Shown here: positions 1 to 12,351 of the stretch, one piece after another
Position numbering within the stretch: the first letter of the stretch is position 1
Layout of the letters: each line of letters starts with the position of its first letter
Origin: Macrostomum hystrix
Taxonomy: Eukaryota > Animalia > Platyhelminthes
Length of the DNA: 64,000 bases
Direction of reading: 5' to 3'
NCBI GenBank assembly: GCA_950097015.1
Contig: CATNEN010000010.1
Coordinates: 620,001 to 684,000 of the forward strand
Program-made: the position numbers and the translations under genes
Notes under the pieces: model-generated
Databases searched by the model: none
Seen by the model: the letters and a program-made list of their open reading frames with translations, nothing else
What the model was told of the DNA's origin: nothing

Positions 1-2074
1 TTTTATTGGAAGCAGATACAAAGCTCTTCTTTTGATATAACTTACAAAATATGTTGCTTCGACGAATTTTATGAAGATTTTTTCATGAATAATTGATCTT
101 CATATTATTTTAGTTACTATATCATGCAGCAATCATAGTATGAAGCTAACTAGTGACTAACTTGAATTTTACAATCCCTGTTTAATCGGATGCATCTATT
201 TATTAGCAATATATGATTAAAAAATAGTTGGTTATAATTGTATGCCCAATTCACTGCTTCTTTATTTTAGTTTTATCCTGTCAATATAAAATAAATTTAA
301 ATATATAGCTACCTATATTACATATAGACCTACTAGCTATGCCTAGACCTAGTTATATGTTTATCAATAATCAAGACAGTATCTATCTTGTTAAGAATTG
401 ACAGTTTTTATACTTAATGAAATGTATGAATCTAAGCAAGTGATTTAATTTTAAACCAAGCTTGTTCTCTCTTGTAAATATTGACATTATCTTTACATTA
501 GCTAGTTTTTCCAGTATTTATTAAACAATGATAGTTATTTGCTCTGATTTTATCAAGATGTTCTTATTTTTATTTTCTATTTTTTAATGTAAACAATGGC
601 ATCGTTAACTGAAGGGTTTTTTAAATTTGTAGTGAAATTGTTTATTTCCTATTCATATTATTTTTTGGGTTCAGGGTTTGCACATGGCTAGCTATTATGT
701 CATGAACTTATCGAATATTCTATTTTAGCCATCTATTTGCCTATCTACTGTAATTTTACTTTTCTTTTTTTAACAAGTATAGTATTTTTATGGCTAGGCC
801 TAATATTAGCTTGACTTGGCTGTTGATTTTCATTAAATTAATCACTTTTATTTCCAATTGAAATTAACAGTCCAGAAGTTGTAAGTAGGCCTATTGAATT
901 TTTCGTCTATTGGGGCAATATTATTGCCAATAAATATAAGTAATAGCACTTCCACAGTCTATGTTTTTAAGCTTTAAATTTTCAACATTGAAACATTTAA
1001 TTAAAAAAGATAAAACAAGAAGTGTTACTTGTTCCTTATCACATTTTAGCTATAATAAAGTTTTGCTTGCACTGACACTAGTACTCAGAGCTTTTGCTAT
1101 TATTGTTATGCCTATTAAGATCTTCAAGGTTGATATGGCCCAGGTAAGCTATCTGGCTCTCATTCAGTGGTAGACTAATTCTGCTATGTATTAGTGTGTA
1201 ATGTTAAAATATTTTTGGTAATATTATTTATTGTATTTACTATAGTAAGAAATTGTAAAATGTTCTTGCTATTGTGGCTCTAGTATGTGTTTTTACCTTT
1301 TTTGCCATTGCAGGGAAAGTCCATGCCTTTCTGCTTTGTGCCAACACCACTGCCCCAGTTCTACCTACCTGTGGTGGAGCCCCAGCCAGTCAGAGAACAA
1401 CCTGGTGGAGCTTCTGGGCTACCTTTTTGAGAGCCTAGCCTGGAGCCTAAGGACCTTGTTCATGTTTACTGCATTTTCAACCAAGTGCTGTAGTCACCAG
1501 CTAGACAACCCCATCCAGTCAGTCTAATCACCATGTGATTGATGCCCCTTGCAAGGTAGTAAGCTTCTGACTGTCCTCATGGACACACAAAGACATTATG
1601 TAGAGAAAGATATTACTTCATGTCTATATAATTTAAGATCATATAGATACTATTTTTGTGTCTCAATTGTGAAAATTGCCTTGAATTTGAAGAATAATTT
1701 GTTATAAAGTACAATTTAAATCCATTTATTCTACTTCAGTTGATTTTGAGATTTCTTTTATATTTTTCTGATTATTGTGTATTGAAATGAGTTTCTGTTC
1801 TCAATAGTGCATGTGCCATGAGATGTCAAATGGAGAACAATAAATGGAAGTAGTTGCAGCTTTTTATATATTTGAATATGAGCTCATAGTATACACGTTT
1901 TACTTATGACTTAGTGCAAAAATGTGTTCAAGTAGTGCTGACCTTTCATTTTTCATCGTCTTTTATTGTTAAGATGCCTATGCAATGTTGTGTGCCACAA
2001 TAACAACAACGACAACAAAATACACTGTCAGGTAAAAAAAGCAGTGTCACAGTACATGCTTCAGAGCCTGGTTG

Positions 2075-2500
2075 CGAACAAACACTGCATTGCCGGCAGT
2101 GTCTGGGGCACCAGCATAGGCCAGCAGGCAGCTTATTTGATATGGCAATGATTTTCGTCATGGTCCACTTGGTTCATCACACAGGCAACCTCACTGGCCA
2201 CACAGTGAATATGCAGCACCTTGATGGACACCTTGTCTGGACACAGCGCTTTGCTGCCTGGCTTCTTCTAGGCAAACATCACGACTTCAGCCATGGTGAA
2301 TGGTGCAATGTTAAAACTGTCCTTTGACCGCAACTGAGTCTCTGGTGGCAGTGTCAGGATGTTGGGCAGTGGTGGCAGCGCATTGACTATGGCAGCAAAG
2401 AACTCGCGTAGCTTGTTACTGTGCTTATCCACAGTGCCGCCTGCCAGATTCAGTTGGATGCGCCACTTTTGCCCTGTCAGCATTAATGGCAGACCAGGCC
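2075..2500 (-). pseudogene. Decayed non-LTR retrotransposon (LINE) ORF2 fragment, region just before the RT domain
   Basis: The minus frame reads FNIAPFTMAEVVMFA*KKPGSKALCPDKVSIKVLH..VACVMNQV. This resembles the LINE motif PFTxxEVxxAIKxLKxGKAPGPDGIxxEVLK...LxxLFNxI. In-frame stops are present. Confidence 0.55.
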
Positions 2501-3409
2501 ACATGCCATCTGGAATCATGCACCACAATGAAAAAGTCATTGTGACACAAAGGATATAAGGACCACAGTTTTTTCCTTTTCTAAACAGAAAAATGAGTTT
2601 GAGGCATGGCACAAAGCTTTACCAATTTCAATAAAGGTAAATAAATCCTTGTTAATAAAAGAATTACATGAATTCAGGGGTGTTATTAAGCTTTTTTTAT
2701 TGGGTGGCGCCAATAGGGATTTAGGGGTGCACACAAATGGGAATTGGAGGGCTCTGTGATGGGATTTAAAAAAAGCCAAATTTAAAGAAAAAACCCTTCA
2801 GGCCCCTAGCCAATTATGCCATTGTTTTCATTAAATAGAGCCTAAAAGAAAAAAAAAATAAGAACATCTTGATAAAATCAGAGCAAATAACTATCATTGT
2901 TTAATAAATACTGGAAAAACTAGCTAATGTAAAGATAATGTCAATATAGCTAAAACAAGCTAAAGTCTAAAAACAAGAGAGAACAAGCTTGGTTTAAAAT
3001 TAAATCACTTGCTTAGATTCATACATTTCATTAAGTATAAAAACTGTCAATTCTTAACAAGATAGATACTGTCTTGATTATTGATAAACATATAACTAGG
3101 TCTAGGCATAGCTAGTAGGTCTATATTGACAGGATAAAACTAAAATAAAGAAGCAGTGAATTGGGCATACAATTATAACCAACTATTTTTTAATCATATA
3201 TTGCTAATAAATAGATGCATCCGATTAAACAGAAATTGTAAAATTCAAGTTAGTCACTAGTTAGCTTCATACTATGATTGCTGCATGATATAGTAACTAA
3301 AATAATATGAAGATCAATTATTCATGAAAAAATCTTCATAAAATTCGTCGAAGCAACATATTTTGTAAGTTATATCAAAAGAAGAGCTTTGTATCTGCTT
3401 CCAATAAAA

Positions 3410-3699
3410 AGTTATCAACGTTTTAAAGTGAAAAAAGTGAAAAGTTCCTATCTCGCTAGTGTATTTTTCCGTAAAAATCAGCCTTTAATAAATTTTCTAA
3501 GAAACGAAGTGTCCCGTCCTTCTTCTTCTAGTGGTCCTTGTGCACATCTCCGATCTGCTTAAAATTAAAAAGTTATCAACATTTTAATTTGAAAAAGCGT
3601 GAAATTTCCTATCTCGCCAGTTCATTTTTCGTGAAAATAAGCCTTTTATAATTTTTCCAAGAACGAAGTTTGCCGTCCTTCTTCTTCTAGTGGTCCTTG
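3410..3699. repeat. Diverged tandem duplication, ~160-bp unit x2
   Basis: agttatcaac at 3410 and 3571; ccgtccttcttcttctagtggtccttg ends at 3540 and 3699. Confidence 0.85.
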
Positions 3700-4652
3700 G
3701 CGAGATCGAGCAGGACTCGACTGTGCCATTGGCACGACTGTGCATACCCTCAGAATTTGTTTAAACGAGAGAAATGCATGCAATCGGTTAGGTTTATATA
3801 CGACCTAAACGTTTTAACTAGTTGGATTATGACAATTGTCTAAAATGCACGGTAATAGGCTTAATATTTCAGTCCCTGAGACAGCAGTACTTGTTGTACA
3901 GCAATGGACATTAATAAATTTAATAATGTCGATCTAGACTTGAAGCTAAAACATGGCAAGGCAAACATGGCAAGGCATTTATTTACACTGGCGAGCATCT
4001 GAGAACTGATGGGCTAGGTGAAATGGTGCAGACGGATAAAATGACGCAGCCGATCCTGATCCCGGGTTGCTATGCAGCGGACTTATCTGGGGGGTGGGTG
4101 CTTTTCGGTTATTAGATCGCCGACGGCATCAAGGCACCGTGCGACGAGTGCTGCGTGGCAAGGATGGAGAGGGTGGAAGAGGGAGGGGAAGTAGGCGGAG
4201 ATGTGAGTGACGAGGATCCGCGCCTCGAGACATTTCCACGAAAAGCCAGGCCGGCACAATGCGCACAGTTTGCATCCCGACAGCCAGCCCTCAGATACGC
4301 GGCAGCTCGATGCCTCAGCAAGTAGGACGCTAATGGCCATCCATCACTAACAATTTTCTCCAGCCATGCCTAGCCAGAGTGCAGTTTGCTTGCGTGGAAA
4401 TCTCTGTGCTCGGTGCTAAACAGGAGTCCGACATCAAATCAGGGCGCTGAAAACTAGGTTTACCGAATCTTCCTGCAGCTTTACTTAAAGTGCGCCGGCA
4501 GATTGTGAGCAGAGATGGTCCATGGAAGCCTTTCAGAGCAGACTTGCCAGCTGGCTGAACTCAAATTAACCGACAAATTGAACAGCCCTGCAGTCCAGGC
4601 TCCGTGCAGAGAACAAATTCCTGGAGCATGCAAGTGAAACACAAAGTGAAAC

Positions 4653-5716
4653 GGGAGAGAAGTAAAGCAAGGGGAGAGAATTTGAGAGAGGGGAGAGAAG
4701 TTAAGAGAGGGGAGAGAAGTTAAGCGAGGGGAGAGAAGTTATGCGAGGGGAGAGAAGTTAAGCGAGGGGAGAGAAGTTAAGAGAGGGGAGAGAAGTTAAG
4801 CGAGTGGAGAGAAGGTAAGAGAGTGGGAGAAGTTAAGAGAGGGGAGAGAAGTTAAGCGAGTGGAGAGAAGTTAAGCGAGTGGAGAGAAGGTAAGAGAGTG
4901 GGAGAAGTTAAGAGAGGGGAGAGAAGTTAAGAGAGGGGAGAGAAGTTAAGAGAGGGGAGAGAAGTTAAGAGAGTGGGAGAAGTTAAGAGAGGGGAGAGAA
5001 GTTAAGCGAGGGGAGAGAAGTTAAGCGAGTGGAGAGAAGGTAAGAGAGTGGGAGAAGTTAAGAGAGGGGAGAGAAGTTAAGAGAGGGGAGAGAAGTTAAG
5101 CGAGTGGAGAGAAGTTAAGCGAGGGGAGAGAAGTTAAGCGAGTGGAGAGAAGGTAAGAGAGTGGGAGAAGTTAAGAGAGGGGAGAGAAGTTAAGAGAGGG
5201 GAGAGAAGTTAAGAGAGGGGAGAGAAGTAAAGAGAGTGGGAGAAGTTAAGAGAGGGGAGAGAAGTTAAGAGAGGGGAGAGAAGTTAAGAGAGGGGAGAGA
5301 AGTTAAGCGAGGGGAGAGAAGTTAAGCGAGTGGAGAGAAGGTAAGAGAGTGGGAGAAGTTAAGAGAGGGGAGAGAAGTTAAGAGAGGGGAGAGAAGTTAA
5401 GAGAGGGGAGAGAAGTAAAGAGAGTGGGAGAAGTTAAGAGAGGGGAGAGAAGTTAAGAGAGGGGAGAGAAGTTAAGAGAGGGGAGAGAAGTTAAGCGAGG
5501 GGAGAGAAGTTAAGCGAGTGGAGAGAAGGTAACAGAGTGGGAGAAGTTAAGAGAGGGGAGAGAAGTTAAGAGAGGGGAGAGAAGTTAAGAGAGGGGAGAG
5601 AAGTTAAGAGAGGGGAGAGAAGTTAAGAGAGAGGAGAGAAGTTAAGAGAGAGGAGAGAAGTTAAGAGAGGGAAGAGAAGTTAAGAGAGGGGAGAGAAGTT
5701 AAGAGAGGGGAGAGAA
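4653..5716. repeat. Purine-rich minisatellite, ~19-bp unit (GAGAAGTTAAGAGAGGGGA)
   Basis: Direct tandem repeats, about 55 units with variants. Confidence 0.97.
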
Positions 5717-6332
5717 AGGTAGGTGACAAGACAGCAGGGATTTAGACAGTCGCTGAGAGCAATTGCGCCTGAAGTCAGTGGTGAAATGGCGCCCAAACCA
5801 GACCTTCAAATATCGATCAGTCCGTAGAGAAAACTCAATTAAGAAATCGATGTGGGAGTCACTAAAAATGCTCATCTGTCAGCCACGCAATCAGCTCTAA
5901 CCAAATTTGCTCAGCTGCTGCTCACCTTTGGATGCATTTTCAGATAAATAAAAAGTGGGCGAATTCTGCGGCCAATAACAATCTCGGCCTGCCCCTCCCC
6001 GTGTCTGTGGAAGGCCCAGCCAGCCAATTTCCTCAGTGCCTAATGTGGCGTGCGGCCCCGAATTGCCTGGAATTCTCTCGGTCCCCTCTTCGCTGGCATA
6101 ATCCCACTTGCAGCCTAGAAATCCCATAGCGTCCCGATCCCCCAAAAGCCTCTTCGCAGCTTGGAGGCTGCCAGACATCATTAGCTGGGACTTCCCGGGC
6201 CGGATTGGGACTTTTCCCGTCTGCCGGCCGGACTCGGAAGCGCCAAGACCTCCCGCCAATCTTTCTCGGCGCCTCTGGAAAGTACGCGTGTACTTTTAAC
6301 AATCAATCAGCTTTTAGCAGTATGTCCTAGAG

Positions 6333-6655
<323 letters not shown>

Positions 6656-7171
6656 TTCAGGATTAGAGGTTATTGAAAGGTCGCCCTGAGCCAACGTGAT
6701 TGACTGACAGGACTAAACAGTCCATCTAGATTATAACGTTCAATCTTTCGCCAAAAGGACTACTTGAGTAGCCAAGTGCTAGTGGCCCTTGCTCGCCAAC
6801 TGCAGCCGCAGGGTCGGCTTTGAAATCGCGGCAGCTGGGGGGAGGGAATCCAGTGCAGTTCTCAGCCGATTGAGTCGCATGAAAACTGCTGGAAGCCGCG
6901 GATTTTGATTCCCTGGTCGTTCGCACGCACCGAGGCCCGACCTGAGCTGGCCGTGCTGTCCCAATGCGCAGCCCCGCATAGCTCAGGCCTGAGACGTGGC
7001 TCGAGTTGTGATCAGCTTGTCCCAACTATGTAAAATTGCCTCCCATTGGATCAAAGCCAGAGCGAATCAGAATGGCCAGGCAGCCATTGCCGCTTAAAGC
7101 TGGCTTCGCATTCACCAAAGGGCTGAAATCGCCGAGTCTGCAATCTTCAGCCAGCGGCTCCTTGAAAATTC

Positions 7172-9379
7172 ATGGCTTCCCGAGAATGGCCGCAGCTGCT
7201 GCCGCTGCTGCTGCTACTGCATTCAGCAGCCATCGCTGACGCGATGACTCGAGCCGATTCGGCGAGGTTCGGTCGCGTCTACCGCGGCTCAGTCGGCGAA
7301 GGCATCGAGCGTGTGTTTGCGTTTGCCTACGCAACAGTCGGCGACTCAGCGGCCGCCGTACGCGTCACTGTTGAAAGCGACGAATACGACGCCGAGTTCC
7401 CGCTGCTGGTGGTGGCCAGGCAGCAGCGGGAGGTGATCTCCTGGCGCCTGCCGATGTCCGGAGAGTACGCCGGCTTCAGCGTGGTGACACGGACGCTGTG
7501 TCCGGCCCATCAGCGGGGCAACCACACTGTCTTTGTGGAGGTGACTTCGCAGAGACCTTCGCCCGCCAGGTTCAGCTTGAGCGCCGTGCTGGTGTCGAAC
7601 TTCCGACTGGCCCTGGACTCGCCAGTGGAGGTGGAAGTGTCGCCCACGCAGCCGCAGTATTTCCACTTCGACTATCCGCCGAATGTCACCAGCGTGCAGG
7701 TCCGGATGGCCTCCGAGGATGCGCTCTGCATGCGGCTGGCGGTGCAGGCGGCCGCCTGTCCGGCCAACGACCTGGCGCGGAACATCGAGTTCTCAGGCGT
7801 CCGTCAGACGGCGAGTCGAAAGGCCGCACTCAGCATCGGCCGCGGAGACCCTGCCGTGGGCACACCGGACCAGTTCAATGTGGTGCTGCTGGTCTACCCG
7901 ACGGATGACAACTGCAACGGCAAGGTTGGCGGCACAGGTGGTGAAGAGGACGCCGACAGAGATTCGACATCGCCATCGTTGCCGCCGCTAAGCGGGGAGC
8001 TTCGTCGGCCAAGCCGGGTGAAGCGCCTGACGCTGCGGGTTCAGGCGTCGCTGCACAGCGGGCAGTATGGCTGGCCAGTGCTGTGGACTCTCCTGTTCTA
8101 CCTGCTGTGCTTCCTGCTGGCTCTGGCGCTGACGGCGCTCAGCCACCTGACCTCCGAGCGCGTGGGACTCGGGACGCCTCCGCCGGAGACGCCTAACCTG
8201 CCGCCGATGTCGGCCCCGCCGCAGCCGTCGCCGCAGTCACCGCCTTCGGTGCTAGAGCTGGCGCGGAAGCCTGCTAGGCGGCTGCGGAAAAAGTACCGAC
8301 TGTACTGCTGGTACCTTATCATCATCTCCATCTTCTACTGCCTGCCGGTAGTGCAGCTGGTGCTCACCTACCAGCGGGTGCTGAACACCAGCGGGGACGA
8401 AGACATCTGCTTCTACAACTTCGAGTGCTCGCACCCGCTGGGCCCGATCTCCTCATTTAACAGCGTCTTCTCCAACGTGAGCTACGGCCTGTTGGGCCTT
8501 CTCTTTCTCCTGCTGGTCTGGCGCCGGGATCTGCTGCAGCGGCGGCGACAGCAGGGGCCGTTGGCGGCGTTGCAGCCTCCGCTGGGCTTGCCGCAGCACC
8601 ACGGCCTTCACTACGCTATGGGGGTGGCGCTGATCATGCAGGGCGCCATGTCGGCCTGCTACCACGTCTGTCCGAGCTACAGCAACTTCCAGTTTGACAC
8701 CGCCTTCATGTACATGCTGTGCGGCCTGTGCGTCCTCAGGCTGTACCAGGCGCGCCATCCGGACGCCAACGCGCCCGCCCACGCCGCCTACCTCGCCCTT
8801 GCCGTCATAATCTTGACTGGCCTGCTGGGTGTCTTCTATGGCGGCGGCAGCGTCGCCTTCTACGCGCTTTTCTGCGGCGTCCTGACGGGGGCCAGCCTTC
8901 TGCTCAGCCTGCGCTGCGTCGGCTTGCCGCTGGCCCGCCCGCGTGCCGCCCTGCTCGCGCTCGCTAACGCGTCCAACCTCGGACTCGGCCTGTACGGCGC
9001 TGCCACCCAGCCGCGCGACTTCGGCAGCTTCCTGCTCTGGGTGCTGACGGCCAACTCGCTGGCCTACTTTCTCTACTACCTGCTGATGAAGCTGCGCTCA
9101 GGTGAGAGGCTGGCCAAGGCACCGCTTGCTTTCCTGGCTTTGGCCTGCGTGGCCTGGGCCGGCGCAGGCCGCTTCTACCTGCAGCAGCCGGCCAACTGGG
9201 AGGACAGCGCGGCGGGCTCCCGCCTGCGCAACCAGGCCTGCGTGCTGGCCGGCTTCTACGATGTCCACGACGTCTGGCACTTCCTGTCCTCCGCCGCTGT
9301 GTTTTTCGGCTTTATGGCGCTGCTCTCCGTCGACGATGACCTCGAGACCGTGCCGCGGGATCGTATCCGGGTGTTCTGA
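7172..9379 (+). CDS. sid-1: SID-1 transmembrane family protein (SIDT1/2-like; dsRNA/lipid transporter family), intronless, 735 aa
   Basis: Signal peptide, SID-1-like ectodomain, and family motifs LPVVQLV, GDEDICFYNFECSHPLG, FNSVFSNVSY, SACYHVCPSYSNFQFDTAFMY, RNQACVLAGFYDVHDVWHFLS and C-terminal RDRIRVF*. Confidence 0.95.
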   Translation: MASREWPQLLPLLLLLHSAAIADAMTRADSARFGRVYRGSVGEGIERVFAFAYATVGDSAAAVRVTVESDEYDAEFPLLVVARQQREVISWRLPMSGEYAGFSVVTRTLCPAHQRGNHTVFVEVTSQRPSPARFSLSAVLVSNFRLALDSPVEVEVSPTQPQYFHFDYPPNVTSVQVRMASEDALCMRLAVQAAACPANDLARNIEFSGVRQTASRKAALSIGRGDPAVGTPDQFNVVLLVYPTDDNCNGKVGGTGGEEDADRDSTSPSLPPLSGELRRPSRVKRLTLRVQASLHSGQYGWPVLWTLLFYLLCFLLALALTALSHLTSERVGLGTPPPETPNLPPMSAPPQPSPQSPPSVLELARKPARRLRKKYRLYCWYLIIISIFYCLPVVQLVLTYQRVLNTSGDEDICFYNFECSHPLGPISSFNSVFSNVSYGLLGLLFLLLVWRRDLLQRRRQQGPLAALQPPLGLPQHHGLHYAMGVALIMQGAMSACYHVCPSYSNFQFDTAFMYMLCGLCVLRLYQARHPDANAPAHAAYLALAVIILTGLLGVFYGGGSVAFYALFCGVLTGASLLLSLRCVGLPLARPRAALLALANASNLGLGLYGAATQPRDFGSFLLWVLTANSLAYFLYYLLMKLRSGERLAKAPLAFLALACVAWAGAGRFYLQQPANWEDSAAGSRLRNQACVLAGFYDVHDVWHFLSSAAVFFGFMALLSVDDDLETVPRDRIRVF

Positions 9380-9940
9380 GTGACAGAGCAGCTGGATGTT
9401 ATGAGTGACAGAGCAGCTGGATGTTCTGAGTGACAGAGCAGCTGGATGTTCTGAGTGACAGAGCAGCTGGATGTTATGAGTGACAGAGCAGCTGGATGTT
9501 CTGAGTGACAGAGCAGCTGGATGTTCTGAGTGACAGAGCAGCTGGATGTTCTGAGTGACAGAGCAGCTGGATGTTCTGAGTGACAGAGCAGCTGGATGTT
9601 CTGAGTGACAGAGCAGCTGGATGTTCTGAGTGACAGAGCAGCTGGATGTTCTGAGTGACAGAGCAGCTGGATGTTCTGAGTGACAGAGCAGCTGGATGTT
9701 CTGAGTGACAGAGCAGCTGGATGTTCTGAGTGACAGAGCAGCTGGATGTTCTGAGTGACAGAGCAACTGGATGTTCTGAGTGACAGAGCAGCTGGATGTT
9801 CTGAGTGACAGAGCAGCTGGATGTTATGAGTGACAGAGCAGCTGGATGTTCTGAGTGACAGAGCAGCTGGATGTTCTGAGTGACAGAGCAGCTGGATGTT
9901 CTGAGTGACAGAGCAGCTGGATAATCTGAGTGACAGAGCG
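9372..9940. repeat. 25-bp minisatellite (TGAGTGACAGAGCAGCTGGATGTTC), ~23 units, starting at the SID-1 stop codon
   Basis: Direct tandem repeats; the first unit overlaps GTGTTC-TGA of the SID-1 CDS. Confidence 0.97.
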
Positions 9941-10800
9941 TCTTGACGTTCTTAATTAACGATGGCTTAGCAATTTTTATTTGCAGCAACAACCAGTGTC
10001 TAGAATGCTCAGTCTGACACTTACCAGTGCTGAACTTAAATATTTAATAGGCTCTCACCCCATTGTCTAGAAACCTTTCTGTATAGTTTATTCACAAAAA
10101 CTTTATTTTATACTGGATTCTCGTACAATAAGGATTTGACATTAAATCACAGATCATACATTTTCGCTGGCGACATAAAAAATTGCTAAATGAAAGAAAA
10201 CACAACAGCTCACAAATCATTTAACTTTTATAGTTTAACATTGCCCCGTAAAATCTGAAGATGATCTTTCATGTGACAGCTGTCGAGTGCTGCCATTTTT
10301 GTACTTTTATGCAACACAAAATTTTTAATCCACTTGGTAAAGGACGCGTCACAGAAGCACAAAACTTAGACGAGCTTAATTCGGCAGGACTTTCTCATCC
10401 AGTTCTGTCTAATGAAAGTAACACGTTTAATGAACTCTTACGGGTACATATTTCACTATAACTTGTTTTACAATGAGGGCATTGGAGTAAATTACACATC
10501 ATTGGAAGCCGTCACATCTCGATAGAGCATTGTAGTAAATCACTAATTTTTCATTAACGACAATTTCGAACGGTTAAAAAAAGTTAGATGTCTCTAAGAT
10601 AGCTTAGAGATCGCTAATCTATAGAGTGCTAAAACACGCTAAGTTCAGCCTGGATCCGAACACCGCCTTCAACCATAGACAATTGTGTAGCTTGAGTCCG
10701 AGCTGGTGCTTTCCTAGTTCCCCGAGTTCACTTCGGCGAGTCCCAGGTCAAAATTTGTGAAGCTCGCACCAAACACAGAGCACTAACAGCACAAAGAAAA

Positions 10801-11529
10801 ATGTCGAACAATGCCCAGCTGGAGAAGGTGCTGGAGACGCAAATGGTGCGCGCGGCCAAGATGATCGAGGAGCGCCTGGACAACGAAATTGAAAGGCTGG
10901 AGAATCTCAAAGAGGACGACCTGGAGCGGCTGCGCGACCGCCGGCTGCGCCAGCTGAAGGACCAGGCCAAGCAGCGTGACGAGTGGCTGGCCAACGGGCA
11001 CGGCAAGTACTCCGAGCTCTCCCAGGAGAGAGAATTCTTCGACGAGTGCATCCGCAGCAAGCGGCTGGTGTGCCACTTTTACCGGGACACGACCTTCCGC
11101 TGCGGCATTGTGGACCGCCACCTCACGGCTCTTGCGCCGCGGCACATCGAATGCAAGTTCGTCCGCATCAGCGTCGAGAAGGCGCCGTTTCTTACCAGAC
11201 GCCTGGGGATCCGCGTCATCCCCACCCTGTGCATTGTCAAGGACGAGAAGGTCAAGGACTACGTGGTCGGCTTCGACGATCTCGGCGGTCACGATAACTT
11301 CTCCACGGAGATGCTGGAGTGGCGCCTCGCTCGCTCTCAAGTCATCGACTATCGAGGAGATCTGGAGACGCCTCCGGACGCGTGCCAGGCGGGTGCCGGT
11401 GGCGGCGGCGGTGGAGGCTCCGGCGGTGGCAAAAAGGGCGCCAAAGGTGGCGGTGCGAACCACCCGAGCGGGAAGACGATCCGCGGCGACAGGGCCGACG
11501 ACTCCGAAAACGATGAAGACGATTGGTGA
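10801..11529 (+). CDS. TXNDC9: Thioredoxin domain-containing protein 9 / phosducin-like protein 3, intronless, 242 aa
   Basis: WLANGHGKYSEL..EREFF, LVCHFYRDTTFRCGIVDRHL, KFVRISVEKAPFLTRRLGIRVIPTL, DYVVGFDDLGGHDNFSTEMLEWRL, acidic C-terminus. Confidence 0.95.
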   Translation: MSNNAQLEKVLETQMVRAAKMIEERLDNEIERLENLKEDDLERLRDRRLRQLKDQAKQRDEWLANGHGKYSELSQEREFFDECIRSKRLVCHFYRDTTFRCGIVDRHLTALAPRHIECKFVRISVEKAPFLTRRLGIRVIPTLCIVKDEKVKDYVVGFDDLGGHDNFSTEMLEWRLARSQVIDYRGDLETPPDACQAGAGGGGGGGSGGGKKGAKGGGANHPSGKTIRGDRADDSENDEDDW

Positions 11530-12051
11530 ATGCGCTGGAAGTCTGCTTCTGCGTGCTGTACTTTTGCTGTACTTATTCATTATAGATTGAAGAATCATCG
11601 GGAATTGCTTGTCTCTCAGCGGGTTACCTCACTCTGCCCTGAAGAGTCCACCCTTGCTCATAAGAGGCTGGATGAGCTGCGCCTCATCGGTGAGATGAGG
11701 GGCCGCTGTGTACTCCCGACAGTAGGATATTTTTTTTCTCGCCGGTAAAAAAAACGGTGACCTATTTTTAACATCTGTACCCAGTGAATTCCCGCTGCCA
11801 CTTACTATTGTCGACAATTCGGCGTTGTCGCTTAGAAATTATCAATAATTTTTTTCCTTTGCAATCCTGCGATTCGCCTTAGATACTCAGCTGATTCCAT
11901 GCCGGCTAATAGTCCGTGACAATGCCTTGCCATTTTATTCATTAAATAAATGCTTTTCACACTCGCAACAAGTCCAGGACTAACAATAAGCGGACTATCA
12001 CCCCACCTATTGAGCCAACATTTATTTTCATGCTTTAACATGGTCGCAGAT

Positions 12052-12289
12052 GATTTGAGCTGCAGTGTGAGCACACACTCTCAGGTGATTTGAGCTGCAG
12101 TGTGAGCACACACTCTCAGGTGATTTGAGCTGCAGTGTGAGCACACACTCTCAGGTGATTTGAGCTGCAGTGTGAGCACACACTCTCAGGTGATTTGAAC
12201 TACAGTGTGAGCACACAGTCTCAGGCGATTTGAGCTGCAGTGTGAGCACACACTCTCAGGTGATTTGAGCTGCAGTGTGAGCACACACT
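12052..12289. repeat. 35-bp minisatellite, ~7 units
   Basis: Unit GATTTGAGCTGCAGTGTGAGCACACACTCTCAGGT. Confidence 0.95.
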
Positions 12290-12290
12290 G

Positions 12291-12351
12291 CCGGATCCAC
12301 CCTGTCTACCGGATCTACATTGTCTACCGGATCTACATTGTCTACCGGATC
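12291..12351. repeat. 18-bp tandem repeat x3
   Basis: Unit CCGGATCTACATTGTCTA. Confidence 0.85.

Larger units (their letters stand above)
1..3699. mobile_element. Long inverted-repeat (foldback-type) DNA element; the left end probably lies outside the window
   Basis: Bases 1-570 are the reverse complement of 2855-3409 (e.g. ttttattggaagcagatac at 1 vs gtatctgcttccaataaaa ending at 3409), near-identical apart from two indels. The right arm continues into two ~160-bp direct units ending CTAGTGGTCCTTG. Confidence 0.7.

Noticed and set aside
4083-4340. GC-rich short ORFs
   Set aside because: No frame gave a recognisable protein or a clear exon with both splice sites.
7172-11529. SID-1/TXNDC9 as a trans-spliced operon
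   Set aside because: Co-orientation and upstream AG sites are compatible, but the 1.4-kb spacer gives no direct evidence without SL reads.
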